Shown piece by piece: positions 1 to 15,000 of a stretch of 64,000 nucleotides of DNA. The stretch lies in the NCBI GenBank assembly GCA_030691625.1, contig JAUYDX010000042.1, positions 463-64,462 on the forward strand. The letters are read 5' to 3'. A program made the position numbers and the translations under genes. The first letter of the stretch is position 1. Each line of letters opens with the position of its first letter. This stretch comes from Candidatus Omnitrophota bacterium. GTDB taxonomy: Bacteria; Omnitrophota; Gorgyraeia; Gorgyraeales; Gorgyraeaceae. The notes below the pieces were generated by a model. The model saw only the letters and a list, made by a program, of their open reading frames with translations. It was not told where the DNA came from and made no database searches.

Positions 1-3000
1 ATCGTAAATGGCGGGACAATGGACGCGTCAGAATACGGGAGCATAGATTCAGACGCCAATAAAAAGGACAGGTCTGCTTTAGCTGACGGCAGGATGTTTT
101 TACAGAGCTCGCTATTATCCCTGCCCAGAAATACTGACGGCAGCGCCCTTGACTGGACCAGGTCAGGCGCGCATGCCATGATAGCAAGGCAGACCCTGAC
201 TGTACCTGGCCAGGACCACACTCACACCAGGGTCTGGACAGCCATATTTGACACTGAAGGAAATCTTGTAGCTCTTATTTCTATTGACCTGGATGAGAAT
301 GAAAGGCCTATAAATCCAGGTCCTGTGATGAGCGATGGTTCAGGAAGGATAAGGCTCACAAGGATAACCCAGGGAAATACCACTTACACAGCCATCTGGA
401 GCGCAGACGGCAAGACGCTTCTTGCGGTTTACGCAGTGACAAGGTCTGGAAGCGGCTGGTCTAGCGCCACAGTTACAGATACGCCTCCTCCTGGGAGCCC
501 TTTAAGCGTGGGCCAATACAACCTGGAGAACACAATAACACCAGAGGCTGTTTCTCCAAATGCCTTATTATCCCTGCCAAGCGGGGTTCCGGCGTCTGCC
601 TGGGATCGAGTGAACGGCAATAGCCGCATAATAAGGGCTACGCAGCAGTTTGTAAAAGACGGCATCACGCTCACGCGTGAATGGACAGCTGTGCTTGATG
701 AATTTGGGAATGTAATAGCGCTCTTTTTTGCCGATTATACTGATTATAAAGATCCTGATCCGGCTAAGAAGAAGCTTGTTAACTCCGGCTCACAGTTCAA
801 TATAGGCGGGGCAATGGGCAAGACCCAGAGGGCTATAGTGACCAAGGATGGCAAGACCATATTTATTACAGGCATATTTGACAGTTCAAATAAGCTCATA
901 GCAGTGCTCTGCGTTACCATAGGGCAGAATGGCAGTATTAGTGGCGCAAAGCTTGAATCCGCTGCTACGCTTGGCATAAGAGATCTGCAGGATATGAAGA
1001 ATCTTAGCGATGAAGCTAAGGGTGAATTAGCCAGGTGGCTTGGCGTAGATTCTGCCAGCTTAAATAACCTTAGATGGACCAGCATGTCCAAGCCCACAGG
1101 GCCTGAAGGGTTTGATCTTACCGGAATGAGTGAGGAAAATAAAAGCAAAATACCTGAGTCAGGAGGCAATGCCTATAAAAATAAAATTGTAATAGTCAGC
1201 AATGACGGCATGACATGGTATGCCTTGTACGATGAAAATGGGAATCTCAAAAACCTGATTAAAGTTAATTCAGATAAGAGCGTTGAGGTCCAGAGCGGGC
1301 TCACAGGATTTGATTTTAGCGATATAGATATGGCTACATGGAATATACTACTTGATTGCCTTGAGAATCCAGGGGCGCATAAAAATGAGATATTATCTTT
1401 ATCGTTAGAAAATGGCAAGCGCCAGGACATGGGAGACAAGTGGAGGCAATGGACATTTGTATTTAATGACAAAGGCGAGCTTACAGCAGTGACTTATATA
1501 GATATTGATAAAACAAGCGGTAAGACTATTGGATACAATATCCAGCGCAGGACAGCCACAGAGTATAAAAACCATCCTGGTTATTACAATATAAGCATCA
1601 CTACAAGAGGCATGCAGATCTTCAGGGACGCGCATGACAATGTCATCCATATAATCAGGGAATACAGCGAGGCCTCAGAGACATGGACGCATATAGACAA
1701 AAATGATAACGGCATAGTGGATGAAGGCGATGAGATGAAGAAAAATGTGTCTTCCAGCAGGTATCAAAAAGACACATTCATGTTCTGGGATTATACCAGG
1801 GATTCTGATCCAAATAAAGAAGGCATGCAGGCTTCTCTTGGCAGATATACCACTATTGAGCAGAGCACGAGTTTTGATGACTGGTGGGACGGGGTGAATA
1901 TAAAGGATTTGAAAAATGCTGATGAAAGCCCTGTTAATTTTGGGCCTGAGGTGCGAGATGGGGAACGCACAGGTATACAAAAACTTTCAAGCGGAAATGT
2001 CCGAGTATGGACAGCTGTATATGAGAACGGGGTGCTCAAAAGCTTATCTTATAAAGAATATAAAAATTTTACAGATTTAGAACACAGAGGAGAACAGGTA
2101 GGGGATGAGGCCAAGGACCTGCACGAATGGGTGCATAAGAGAGAATCCAATTCATATTATAAGGAGAGGCATATTACGCTCGGCGCTGATGGCAAAGCCA
2201 CAGGTTATAATTCAGTAGTGGAAAGCAAGAGCTGGATAAAATGGGACGCGTATAGGAGCTCAAATACACAGGCAGGCAATGAGATACAGGGAAGTTCGAA
2301 CAGCAAAGACCAGACCCCGTGGTATAGAAGGGAATTAACTGTAACATTTAGCAACGGGGATCCTACAAGCACTGTATTGCACGAATTCGGGCTTAAGTAT
2401 GACAAAGAACATCCAAGCGGGTTTTATTACATAAGGCATGTGGAGGATGACAAGGCTAAGGTAAATACCGGATCTAAAAATTATTACATAGTAAGCCCTG
2501 TGGCTAATGAACATGACCATAAGGCAGGAAGCTGGTATTATTATAATCCTGAAGCCAAAGAGGGCGAAGATCCCTGGTTAGGGCTAATAACTTTTACAAA
2601 TGGCAAGGCAGATGGGACATCTATACCTGAACCAGGGATAACCAAAAGGCCCAGCTTGCCATCTGACGAAGATTATAGTTTAGATAATGATGATAAAGGT
2701 AATAAAGACTGGCGGAAGAAAAACATGTCAATGGGCGCCAATAACCGAATTCCCGGGCCCTCTGTGGAAGCCCTGAGAAATGCGCCTGATACAGCATTGC
2801 CGTCAGGTTTTTACGACAGGCCGCAGGATGGAGAAGCTGGTTCAGGAGAAGAATTTGACTATACAGACTGGAAATATGACAAGGAAACAGGCCAGCTCTG
2901 GATGCCTGTTACACGCCAGATTATTGAGTATAAGCTCAGCGGCTCAGGCGAGAATGCGAAACGCATAGGCGAAACCAGGAAGACCTATGAGTATATACCT

Positions 3001-6000
3001 GGATACGGCTGGTTCTATGTGTCAAAAGAGGTGACTACATACCTTACCTGGAAAACAGTCAATACGGGCAGGACATATTCAGACGGAACGCCTGTAACAA
3101 ACGAGATGGTGACAAGCTCTGTCACAGACTTCTACGATGTTGTGGGAGGGCTTGAGATACTCACATCCAGGACAAAGACAGAGGTCATATTTGAGGGAAC
3201 AGGGCCTGACAAAAAGATATCTTACACGCAGGTTACTTATTATACCTGGATAGGCGGATCTTTTATTGAATCAGGCATGACAAGGACATACCAGGAATAC
3301 GATGAGCTTGGAGAGTACCGCAAAAAAATAGATACATTTGAAATAATCCCTGGTTCTGACCCATTGCTTATAAATACCCAGTTTGTAAAGGTGGCTCTGG
3401 AAGACATAAATCAGGATGGGAGGCTCGAATCTGTAACTACTGCCAGGACATTTGAGTTTGGCATAGAAACAGGGACGCAAAAGACATGGAATGAGATAGC
3501 TGTAATAAACGGGGAGCTTAGAAGGCTTACCAATGCGCTTAATTATGAGATACCGGGAAGCGACCTAGCCTCTACATTGTCTCTTACCTACAGGACAGTA
3601 GACCCTGAAAAAGGCCCTGTAACAGTCACTAATATTTATGATGTCCTGGGCTCGACTATACCTATATTTAATCTGCCTTATTTAGGCATACCAAGCTCTG
3701 TCATACACAGCTATAAGGCGCCTAATACGCCTGCCAATATAGCAGCTGGCCAGGCTCCTGTGGTGACAATAGTAAATAATTACATACAAATAACCCGCGA
3801 TCTTATTTTATTAGAGAACATGCAGAGGATATACAACATGGCTGTGCAGATAGCAGGCGGAGGCACCAGGTTCGGCCAGGTAGTGGAAAATTACATAGAC
3901 ATAAATTCCAATAATATCCTGGATAGCGATGATTTCCTCGAATACAAGACCTTCACATATTGGGATAAAGTCAAGAACAGGAAAGGCGAGGATGTGCCCG
4001 GTCAGGTTATAGAAACTATAATAGATGTAGCTGGTAAGGAGTTTATAGAGTCAGTAAAACATGTGTATAAAGAGCCGGGCACAATAGGCGGCAAGCCTGT
4101 AATCTTTACAATCACTGATTATTTTGAATCAGGCGTAAAGCTTTCCACGCAGGTATCCTGGAAGATCATTGAAACAATTCAGGACCCCAGATATCCCAAT
4201 GACCCTGCCAGGACTATTCAGAGGCTTGTTACAATAACAGAATTTTATGAATTAGAAACCAAGATTGCCACACAGAGGTCATGGAAAGAGGAGCAGGAAG
4301 TAAAGGTAACCATTAATGGCAGAGAACTTGTCATTAAGACAATGGTGACGATTACAGAGACAGAGGAATTCGATATCCTGACAGCCATACAAAAGGCGTA
4401 TAAATACGCTGAAAACGGGAAGCTCATCCAGGTCATTGAAAATTACGACCCTGTATTCAGCGAAGATGACCCTGTTTCCATCCAGAAAATATTTTATGAC
4501 AAGCGTATAATTTCAGATGATACAGAAAAGTTTGTAAAGGTTATTGAGACATACGAATTCGGCATAAAATCCCTTACCCAGTATATCTACTATGACGAGA
4601 AAGACACTACGCACGGAAGGCTAAAGGTCCAGGTGATTGAGAATAGATTAGAGATTGGCAGTGAAAACATTGTCCAGTCAATACAGTATGTTTACAGGTT
4701 TGAGGAGACAGTTGTCACAGACCTTGCTACAGGCGGGGAAGGCAAAAAACTGGTAAGCGTCATAGAGACCTATGAAGGCGCAGGCAAGGAATATTTCCTG
4801 ACCCAGGTCCAGTATGATTACAGCGTTAAAGGCAGGGATTCTGAAGATACCAGGGATGTTGTTAAAAGGGTCAGTATATATCTTGACCCTGTTTTAAAAG
4901 AGGGCAATGAATACAGCCTTATACCCATATCCCTGCAGGCCACGTGGAAGGAAAGGAGCGCTAAGGATCCGACCAAGATACTCACGTTTACAGACTTCTA
5001 TGAGATGTTAGAAGGCGGGAAACTTTTTAGCTTAAGCCGCCAGATATCTTCCAAGGCCAAGGAAAAGATAAATGGCATAGATACGCTTGTGACAATAACT
5101 GACATCTATGAATCAGGGGTAAAGACAGCCACACAGAAGACATGGAAGGAAACAAGGGATATAACCATAAAACAGGACGGCAAAGATATTATCGTAAAGG
5201 CCCTCCAGACAGTGACTGAAACAAGGGAATTTGACATAGAGATGCTTACCTCTATCCAGAAGTCATTCAGGTATATAGAGGAAGGAAAGCTCATCCAGCT
5301 CATTGAAAACTTTGACCCTGTGTTCAGCTCTACTGAAGCGATTTCCATCCAGAAGATATATTATGAGGAGCGCGAGATAGCTGATAAGACAAATAGGATT
5401 GTAAAGGTCATTGAGACATACGAATTCGGCATAAAAGACCCCACAGCTGTCCAGTATATTTATTTTGAAGAAAAAGACACCACTCACGGACGGCGCAGGG
5501 TCCAGGTAGTTGAGAATAGATTCATGGGTATTGTGCAGTCAATCCAGCATATTTACAAGCTGGTAGAGAAGGACCTGATAGTTGACCTTGCGCTAAAGAC
5601 AAAAGGCGATAAGCTCGTGACTGTCATAGAGACCCTGGAAGGCGCAGGAAGCGAGTTCTTCCTGACTCAGGTCCAGTGGGATTACTCAATCAATGGCAAG
5701 GATTCCAATAATAAGGATGTCATTAAGAGGGTCAGCTTATACTTTGAGCCTGGGCTTGACGAATATATCTCCATGCAGGTTACATGGAGAGAACAGGGGA
5801 GAAGAGGAGACAGGGTAGCTGAAACTGATGTGGCTTTGACCATAACAGAGACTTACGAGTTTGACACTAAAGTCTCTACTCAAGTTTCCTGGAAGGAAAA
5901 ATCTGCGCGCGTAATAGGCAACCGCATTGTGCCTACGCTGTTTACTATCACAGAGTTTTATGAGCTGGGCATAGTTGATGAGGCGCACAAGATCACTGTC

Positions 6001-9000
6001 CAGGCATCCTGGAGGCAGAAAGAGACAATAAACGGCAAAGAAACAGTCGCCAGTTATATTGATACCAGGGAATTCGGCATATTCACTTCTGGCCAGAAAA
6101 CCTGGAAAGAGGTCATAAACCTGACAGATGCAAGCAAAAATCCTTATAAGAGGATACAGACTGTAATAGAGACGCGGGAATTTGACATACTTACTTCAAC
6201 GCAGAAGATATATTATGATAATATCGAGACAGCTTATGGCAATAGATTGGCGAAAGTTGTTGATACCTATGAGTTAGGCCTAAAGGACCCGACCTCGACC
6301 CAGTATATCTATTATATCAGGAATGAAAATGTCTCTGGCTCTCCAACTACATTGATCCAGGTGATTGAAAACAGGATACGTATCGGCAGCGACAGCTTTA
6401 CTCAGTCTATCCAGTATGTGTATCATAAAAAAGAAAACGTGCCCCTGGATTCTGCTAATCCTGGCAGTCTTACCTCAAGGCTGGTCACTGTAATAAAGAC
6501 ATACGAAGGCGATTTCAGCCAGGGCGTTGATGAAAAAGGCCTGCTTAAAGGAGCGATTTTAACCCTTACCCAGTTTGATTACACTATTAAAGGCAGGGAT
6601 TCCAGCAATACAAGAGACGTTCTTAAAAAGGTCAGCCTGTATTTTGAACCAGGTATCAGCGAATTTGTTTCCATGCAGGTTACATGGAGAGAAAAAGGCC
6701 AGAGAGGCGGGAACGATGTTGTCCTTACAATAGCCAAGAATTACGAATTAGGAATTAAAGACCCTATTTCCACGCAGATTACATGGAAAGAGCCTGGCAA
6801 AAAGAATAATGTACCCACTTTACTTACAATCACAGAAACCTTTGAGCCGGGGATTGACCAGTATGTATCAAAACAGATTTCCTGGAAAGAAAAAGGCGTT
6901 AAGAAATTGGGCAATGTAAATACCGAGGTCCTGATTACCACCACTGAATACTATGAGATAGGCTTTAGTGATGCAATTTCTACCCAGAAAACCTGGAGAT
7001 ACACTGACTCTAATCTGACAAACCCGATTACAAATACCAGGTTTGGGAAAAATCTTCTTGTAACAGTAATTGAGAATTACGAACTTGGCACTGTAGGCGC
7101 GATCTCAACACAGTATGTTGTTAAAGATGGTAAATATACCTATATAGTTACATACGAACTCGGCATGGGAGATCAATGGACATCAGTTCAGAGGATCTCC
7201 AAAGAATTTAAGGATAATAAATTTGTCACTACCACCGACTACTTTGAGCCGGGCATATCTGACCCAGTCGCAACCCAGAAGACCTGGAAGGAGGTAAGAA
7301 CAGATGTCATTAACCCACTTACAGGAAAAGCCTTTGGAACTAAAAAGATTGTAACAGTGACCGAGAACTATGAATTAGGCATTGATAAGGCAGTCTCCAC
7401 CCAGAGAGTCTTTAAGGATGGCTTATTTACTTATGTAGCTACCTATGAAACAATCGCGGGCCTGGCAGAAGGCCAGTGGTCAAGCGTGCAGAAGATCTTC
7501 AGGCAGTATGACAAGACAAAAGACAAGATAGTGACCACTACGGAATATTATGAATTCGGAATAGTAGGCGCAGCTGTCTCCACCCAGAAAACGTGGAAAG
7601 ACATAGCGACTAAGAATGTAAAACCGGATGGCGCTAGCATCCTGGGCGGCATGGACTTCACAGGCAAGCTCGTCACAATCACCGAGAACTATGAATTAGG
7701 CATTGATAAACCTCTTATAACCCAGTATGTGGTAAAAGCTCTTCAAGGCAATGTCTTTAATACCTATATAATTACATACGAACTTGGCATCAGCGACAAG
7801 CAGTGGACAGGCATCCAGAGGATCTCCAGGGCATTTGAAGACAGGCAAACTAAAGGAAAGGTCCTTGTCACCACAACCGATTACTTTGAGCCAGGCATAT
7901 CTGACCCAGTAGCCACTCAGAAGACATGGAAGATGGTTGCAGAAAAAAGCACCGCAGATAAACTTAACGGCATTGAATTAAAAGGCAAGCTCGCCACAGT
8001 CACTGAAAACTATGAATTAGGAATCACTGAACCTCTTACAACCCAGTACACAGTAAGAGCCATCCAGGGAGGCATCCTTAATACCTATATAGCCACGTAT
8101 GAAACAGGCCTGGGAGACCAGTGGAGTTCCATACAGAGAATAACAAGAGACTATGACACTAAACTTAACAGGCTCGTCACCAAAACAGAATATTTTGAAC
8201 CGGGCATATCTGATCCAGTAACAACACAGGAGACTTGGAAGAGCGTAGCTGTCAAAGGCACACTGCTTCCTATGGGCGGAGACCTAACAGGCAAGCTCGT
8301 TACAATCACTAAAAACTACGAGCTTGGAATACAAGAGGCTGTATCCACCCAGTACGTAGTCAAGGCGCTTCAGGGAGATGTATTTAATACCTATATAGCC
8401 ACATATGAATTAGGCCTTGGGGAACAGTGGTCTTCCATACAAAGGATATCAAGGGCATTCACAGGCGGCAAAATAGTCACCACCACAGATTACTTTGAGC
8501 CGGGCATATCTGACCCAGTCGCAACCCAGAAGACATGGAAGATGGTGGCAAGCGAAAGCACTTCAGAAAAGCTTAACGGCATTGAATTAAAAGGCAAGCT
8601 CGCCACAGTCACTGAGAACTATGAATTAGGAATTGCCGAACCTATTACAACCCAGTACACAGTAAAGGCATTCCAGGATAATCTCATAACCACCTATATA
8701 GCCACGTATGAAATAGGCCTTGGAGACCAGTGGACATCAATACAGAAGATAACCAGAGACTATGACACTAAGCTTAATAGAATTGTCACCACCACAAAAT
8801 ACTTTGAGCCAGGCATAGAAGGCTATATAACCAGACAAGAAGCCTGGAAGAGTGTAGCTGTACAAGGCACAGTTCTTCCAATGGCTGGAGACCTCTCCGG
8901 CAAACTTGTAACAGTCACAAGGAACTTTGAGCGCGGCATAGAAGAGGCTGTATCTACCCAGTATGCGGTAAAGGCATACCAGGGAGGAGTCCTTAATACC

Positions 9001-12000
9001 TATATATCAACATATGAATTAGGCCTTGGAGACCAGTGGTCAACCATCCAGAAGATCTCAAGGGAATTCAAGGACAATAAGATAGTTACTACCACTACCT
9101 ATATAGAGCTTGACACTGTAACAAGCATCCAGGAATCCTGGAAGGAAGTAAATAAAGGAAGGATAGAGACCATAACAGACACCTATGAATTCGGCATAGG
9201 CTTTGACACCCGTAATGACCCGGCCAAGAGAATCACCTACGCCCTCACTCACCAGGTATCCTACAGGGAGATCACGGACAACAGGATCAGTACCACCATA
9301 GATACCTATGAATTAGGGGCTGATTTTATAAGCTCTACCCAGAAAATCTCCAAGCGCGATACAGGCACAAGGATCGAGACCGTAACCAACACATATGACC
9401 TCGGCAAGATCGAAGACTACGCCTGCACCCAGCAGATTGCCTGGAAACAATTAGAATCCGGCAAGCTCGTCACAATAATCGAGAACTACGAACTCGGCAA
9501 TATCTTCACCTTTAGCCAGAAGATCACTAAAGAGTATGTGAACGGAAGAGCTGAAACCACCACCACCTATTATGACATGGCGCATTACGAGGCCGGCAAG
9601 ATGAACGAGGCAATCGCCATTAAGCAGGTCTCCTGGAGGGAAAAAGACGGCGACAAGATAAAGACCGTAATAAAGACCATAGAGCTTGACACTGTGACAA
9701 GTATCCAGGAATCCTGGAAGGAAGTAAATAAAGGAAGGATTGAGACCATAACAGATACCTGGGACATGGGCTTAAAAGGCGAAAAATCCGCCCTCACTCA
9801 CCAGGTCTCTTTTAGGGAAATCACCGGTAATAGGATCACTACAACAATAGATACCTATGAATTAGGCGCTAGCTTTATAAGCTATACCCAGAAGATCTCC
9901 AAGCGCGATACAGGTAAAGCAATCGAGACTGTTACCAATACCTATGAACTCGGCAAGATCGAAGACTACGCATGCACCCAGCAGGTTGCCTGGAAACAGC
10001 TTGAAGGCACAAAGCTCGTTACAATAATCGAGAACTACGAACTCGGCAATATATTCACATCAAGCCAGAAGATAACAAAGGAATACGTAAACGGAAGGGC
10101 AGAGACCACTACCACCTATTATGACATGGCTCATTACGAGGCCGGCAAGATGAACGAGGCAATCGCCATAAAACAGGTATCCTGGAGGGAAAAAGACGGC
10201 TCAAGGATAAAGACCACCACCAAGACCATAGAGCTTGACACTGTAACAAGCATCCAGGAATCCTGGAAGGAAGTAAATAAAGGAAGGGTTGAGACCATAA
10301 CAGATACCTGGGACATGGGCTTAAAAGGCGAAAAATCCGCCCTCACTCACCAGGCCTCTTTCAGGGAAATCACCGGTAATAGAATCACTACCACAATAGA
10401 TACCTATGAATTAGGCTCCAGCTTTATAAGCTATACCCAGAAGATCTCCAAGCGCGATACAGGTAAAGCAATCGAGACCGTAACCAACACCTATGAACTC
10501 GGCAAGATCGAAGACTACGCATGCACCCAGCAGGTTGCCTGGAAACAGCTTGAAGGCACAAAACTCGTTACTTTTGTTGATACGTATGAACTTGGCAAGC
10601 ACCTGACACAGACTCAGAAGATATGGAAAGAAGCAGTAATAGACGCAACTGGAAAAGTGACAAGGGTTGACACAATCACGCTGTATTATGAGTTGGGATA
10701 CGAAAACGCATTTAATGTTGTTGAGCAAAGGTCATGGAAAGAGGTCTCAGATAGCGGCAGAATAGTTACTGTCATAGAGACAAAGGAAGCAGGGATAGTT
10801 ACAGGGATCCAGAAGTCATGGAAAGAGGAAAGGGATAATAACGGCCAGAAGGTAATAGCCACCATAACTGATTATTATGAATTAGGGTCTGACATCGCTT
10901 ACACAAGGCAGATTGCGTGGAAGGAGATAAGGGAAAGCAAATCATTAAGTGAATATACAGATTTAGGAAAGAAGATAGTGAGCGTTACTGAAACCTATGA
11001 AGGCATGCCAGGCTCCAGGGTCCTGATATCTACGCAATATTCCTTCAGGCATGCGCAAGATAATAAGATATATACCTATACATTGACAGAGGAATTTTCC
11101 GCCAGAATCCTTACCTCTATCCAGATATCCTACAAATATGATGACGCTAAAAAAGGCCTTGTAACTGTTATTGAAAACTACGAGCCGGGTATAAAGGATG
11201 CCAATGGGCTTATAAAGATTTCCTGGCAGGAGATATATTATGGCGCGCGGAAGACAATAGAGGGAGATAAGAGGGTAAAGGTAGTTGAGAACTATGAATT
11301 CGGCATCCAGGGACCAGCGCTTACGCAATATATCTACTACAGGGATTATAAGGATGCCCCAGGCGACGGCATAAGGATCCAGGTGGTAGAGAATATCATA
11401 AAGGTAGGGACTGGTGATTTTATCCAGTCAGTCCAGTATATCTACCGCAAATATGAGGATGTGCCTGATCTATCTGGCGGATTAAAGAATAAGCTCGTCA
11501 GTATAATAGAGACGTATGAAGGCGATCTTAGCCAGGGTTTTGACGCATCCAAAGGCCAGTTCAATGCCGCATTTCTCACCCAGACCCAGAAGGACTACAC
11601 TGTATTCCACGATGATAAGCTGAAGAGGATAAGCCTTTATTTTGAGCCAGGGCTTGAGCAGTATATATCCATGCAGGCCTTCTGGAGGGAACTTGGCAAG
11701 GATACCGCGGGAAGGGATACTGTCCACACTGTGGCAGATTCTTATGAATCTGGTATCCAGGATCCTATCAGCACCCAAAGGAGCTGGAAGGAACTGCTGG
11801 ATACAGAGGCATTAAGCGACTCTTATGTAAAGTTAGGCCAGAAGATCGTGAACATAACCCAGACTTATGAAGGCGCGCGAGGGTCAATGTCTCTAGTATC
11901 AACCCAGTATTCATTTAAAGACGTAAAGGATGATGTAGTTTATACCTATATATTAAATAAGGAGTTTGATGCCCAAATCCTTACATCAATCCAGAGGACG

Positions 12001-15000
12001 AATAAATACATAGACAAAGAAGGCCATCTTGTAACTGTTATTGAAAACTACGAGCCGGGTATAAAGGATGCCAATGGGCTTATACGCATTTCCTGGCAGG
12101 AGATATATTACGACAGGGTAGAAACAGTGGACGGCCAGAAGACCGTAAAGGTAATAGAGAATAATGAATACGGGATAAAAGGTTATACCTTAAAGCAGTT
12201 CATCTATTACGCTGAAAAAGACACAACAGGCGGCAAGAGGATAGTCCAGGTAACAGAGAATTACGAATATGGCATGCCAGTAGACAAGCCTCTCTCCATA
12301 ACATACAGTTACCACGATGTAAGGACCATAGCTAACGGGTCTGAAAAGCTTGTCCAGGTAACTGAAAATAAGATACTGGCAGGCGACGCTTATTTAATTG
12401 AATCAATAAATTATTCTTACCGCAAATCAGAAGATATATCCTTTGACACCAAGGCAGGACAGAAGACGAGGATGGTGACCGTAATAGAGACATATGAAGG
12501 GTTGTTTACCAGTGACGTAAATATCGCGACCAGTGAGCGTATGGCAGGGGCTGTGCTTACAGGCGTCCAGTGGGAATATTCCATTGTGGATGAGGGAAAG
12601 CTCAAAAATGTCACAGCGTATTTTGACCCTGGATTATTAGACAAGCCTACTGCGGTCCAGTATAAATATAAGGCAATGGAAGGGGATATCTTAAAGACCA
12701 TAATAGACACATACGAGAGCGGTGTTTATATTTCCCAGCAGAAGATATGGAAGGTAAAAGAAGGGTTTAAGGATGTCCTTACAGGCGAAGATCTGTCAAT
12801 GCGGTTAGTTACCTATATTGAGAATTATGAGCTGGGTACCCTTGTAAATACCCAGGAGACATGGAAGCAGATAGAGACCATAGGCGGCCAGCTTACCAGT
12901 GTAACATACACTGTTACGTATGAATTAGGGGATAAGGCAATGCCGCCTCTAATTGACAGGTCTTATAAGGTTAAAGACGCTAAATTGGGCATAGTGACTC
13001 TTATTGAGGCATATGAATATGGGATTAAAGACACCCCTTCATCTATTAAAAGGACATACTATGTTTCTATGGACGCGACTAACCTTACTGTAGAAGACAA
13101 TAAAGCTAGGACCGTAAAGGTCATAGAGACATATGAATATGATTTAGCGAAAAACATTGACCCGTCCAAGGCCAATAAGCTTTCCTCATTGCAGTATATC
13201 TACTGGGATGAGAGAGCCACGCATGACAGCGGGAATACAAAGCGCAGGGTCAAGGTAGTGGAGAATTTTATAAATATAGGCGAGCCCAAACCTATCAGGG
13301 ACAATACCCAGTATATCTTTAATAAGACTGAAAAGGTTGCGGGCGGGGAAGACAGGGTAATCCAGGTCATAGAAAATTATGTCCACTATGGAGCTGGCAA
13401 TGCTGACAAGTTTTTAGAGGCAATCCAGTATGTGCATAAGGAAAATATAAACGGCGTATTGGTTACTGTGATCCGCAATATGTTCAGCGCAGGAAGCGGG
13501 GTTTATCTTGATAATATCCAGCATATTTACAATATAAAGGAAGGGAATAGGCTGGTCCAGGTCACTGAAACCTATTTCTCAACAGGCAAGGTGGATTTTG
13601 ACAGCGTTACAAAAGACCAGACATGGACACAAGGCGAAGAGGTCCTGGATTATACCCAGTATATGCATAAAGAACTTATGGAAAAGCCGGGGGTTAAGGA
13701 TCCTGTTGTAGTCACTGTCATAAGGAATGTATATAAGGCCGGCGATACATTATTTGTCGAGAGCATCCAGCATATATACAAGGCTGAAATTACATCCAAA
13801 CTTGACGGGAAGCCCCATCTTACTACAGTTTTGGAAAATTATGTGGTTACAGGCGAAGAGACCATGCTTGATACCATACAATATATCTATAAGAAACTGG
13901 ACGGTGACACAATAAAGCAGGTTATTGAAAACTATGTAAGGATAGCTGGAAAAGATTACTTAGAGAATTACCAGTTTAGCTATTATGACAAGGTCCAGGT
14001 CAATACAGGCGGTGAAAGAGTTGCAAAGGTAATTGAGACGCATTTAATAATAGGCGATAAGGACTGGCTTGATACAAAGCAGTTCATCTATAACGACGTA
14101 AGAGGGGGCAAAGGCGTACAGGTTGTTGAAAATTACACCTATTACGGGGATATAAATAAGCCGGCTGTATTTTTAGCATCTGTCCAGTATATGTCCAACA
14201 CTGTTGAGGAGATTAACGGCGCAAAGCGGGCAGTGAGGGTGATAGATAGCTATGATGTTATTGGCTCGCAGGAACCTGGCAAATCTACATATATCCAGAC
14301 TACAAGGGATAAGGTTTACGCTGAATATAAGGACGCCGACAATGACGGGCGTAAGGAATTAGTAAGGACAACCATTTCTTATGACAGGATAGGATTGAAC
14401 GGACAGGATGCGTTTATAGCGTCTACAATGCGCGATACCTGGAAATTGATTATTAATGGAGAGGTGATTGAAAGGAGCGTGAATTACCAGTATGTGGTAG
14501 CGTCTACAGCAGGATGGGTAACCGGGACATCAGGCGACATGTCTAATAACATTAATAATAGCGCTGTACAGTTCTGTTACTCAATGGATGACAGGAAAAA
14601 AGAGATCCGCAATATAGACGGTAAAGCTACTCTCGCGCTTATAACCAGGTCTTATGAATATCTCGGCGCCTGGTACGATACGGATAACGCAGGAGGCGCA
14701 AGCCAGCGCATACTTATGGGAGAGCAGGTGTCTTACAGGGCGTTATTTACAGACGTAGATGGCAAAACCAGGGTGGCAACAATCATACTTTCATATGAAT
14801 TCTACAGCGATAAGGATAATGTAGACCTTAAACTTTTAACAGGCAGGAAGATCACATACGCGGAGTGGGACGCGGCTGAAAACAAATTAAAACAGGTGGA
14901 GATAACAGATGAGTTTGTGGATTTTTCATACCTTGGCATGGACCTGACAGGGTTAGACCCAAAGACAGTAAGGGAAATCCTGGATCTTGCGGCTATAGAA

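Larger units (their letters stand above)
3700..14300 (+). other. Umbrella beta-rich repeat region built from a ~20-aa motif (V/I)T(V/I)xENYE(x)G(I)...(S/T)Q.(S/T)WKE, with variants VIETYEFGIK..TQYIYY and ...SIQYVY. Adhesin or beta-solenoid-like; no family assignable by eye.
   Basis: The motif recurs dozens of times in frame +1 translation, for example ITDYFESGVKLSTQVSWK, VTITEFYELETKIATQRSWKE, KVIETYEFGIKSLTQYIYY, TTTDYFEPGISDPVATQKTWKEV. The repeats are organised hierarchically (see the specific arrays below). Confidence 0.6.

Noticed and set aside
6943-10575. Possible CRISPR array, considered because of regular near-identical direct repeats
   Set aside because: The repeats are 300-549 bp, directly abutting (no unique spacers), in-frame, and encode coherent protein repeats. 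CRISPR repeats are 24-48 bp separated by unique spacers.
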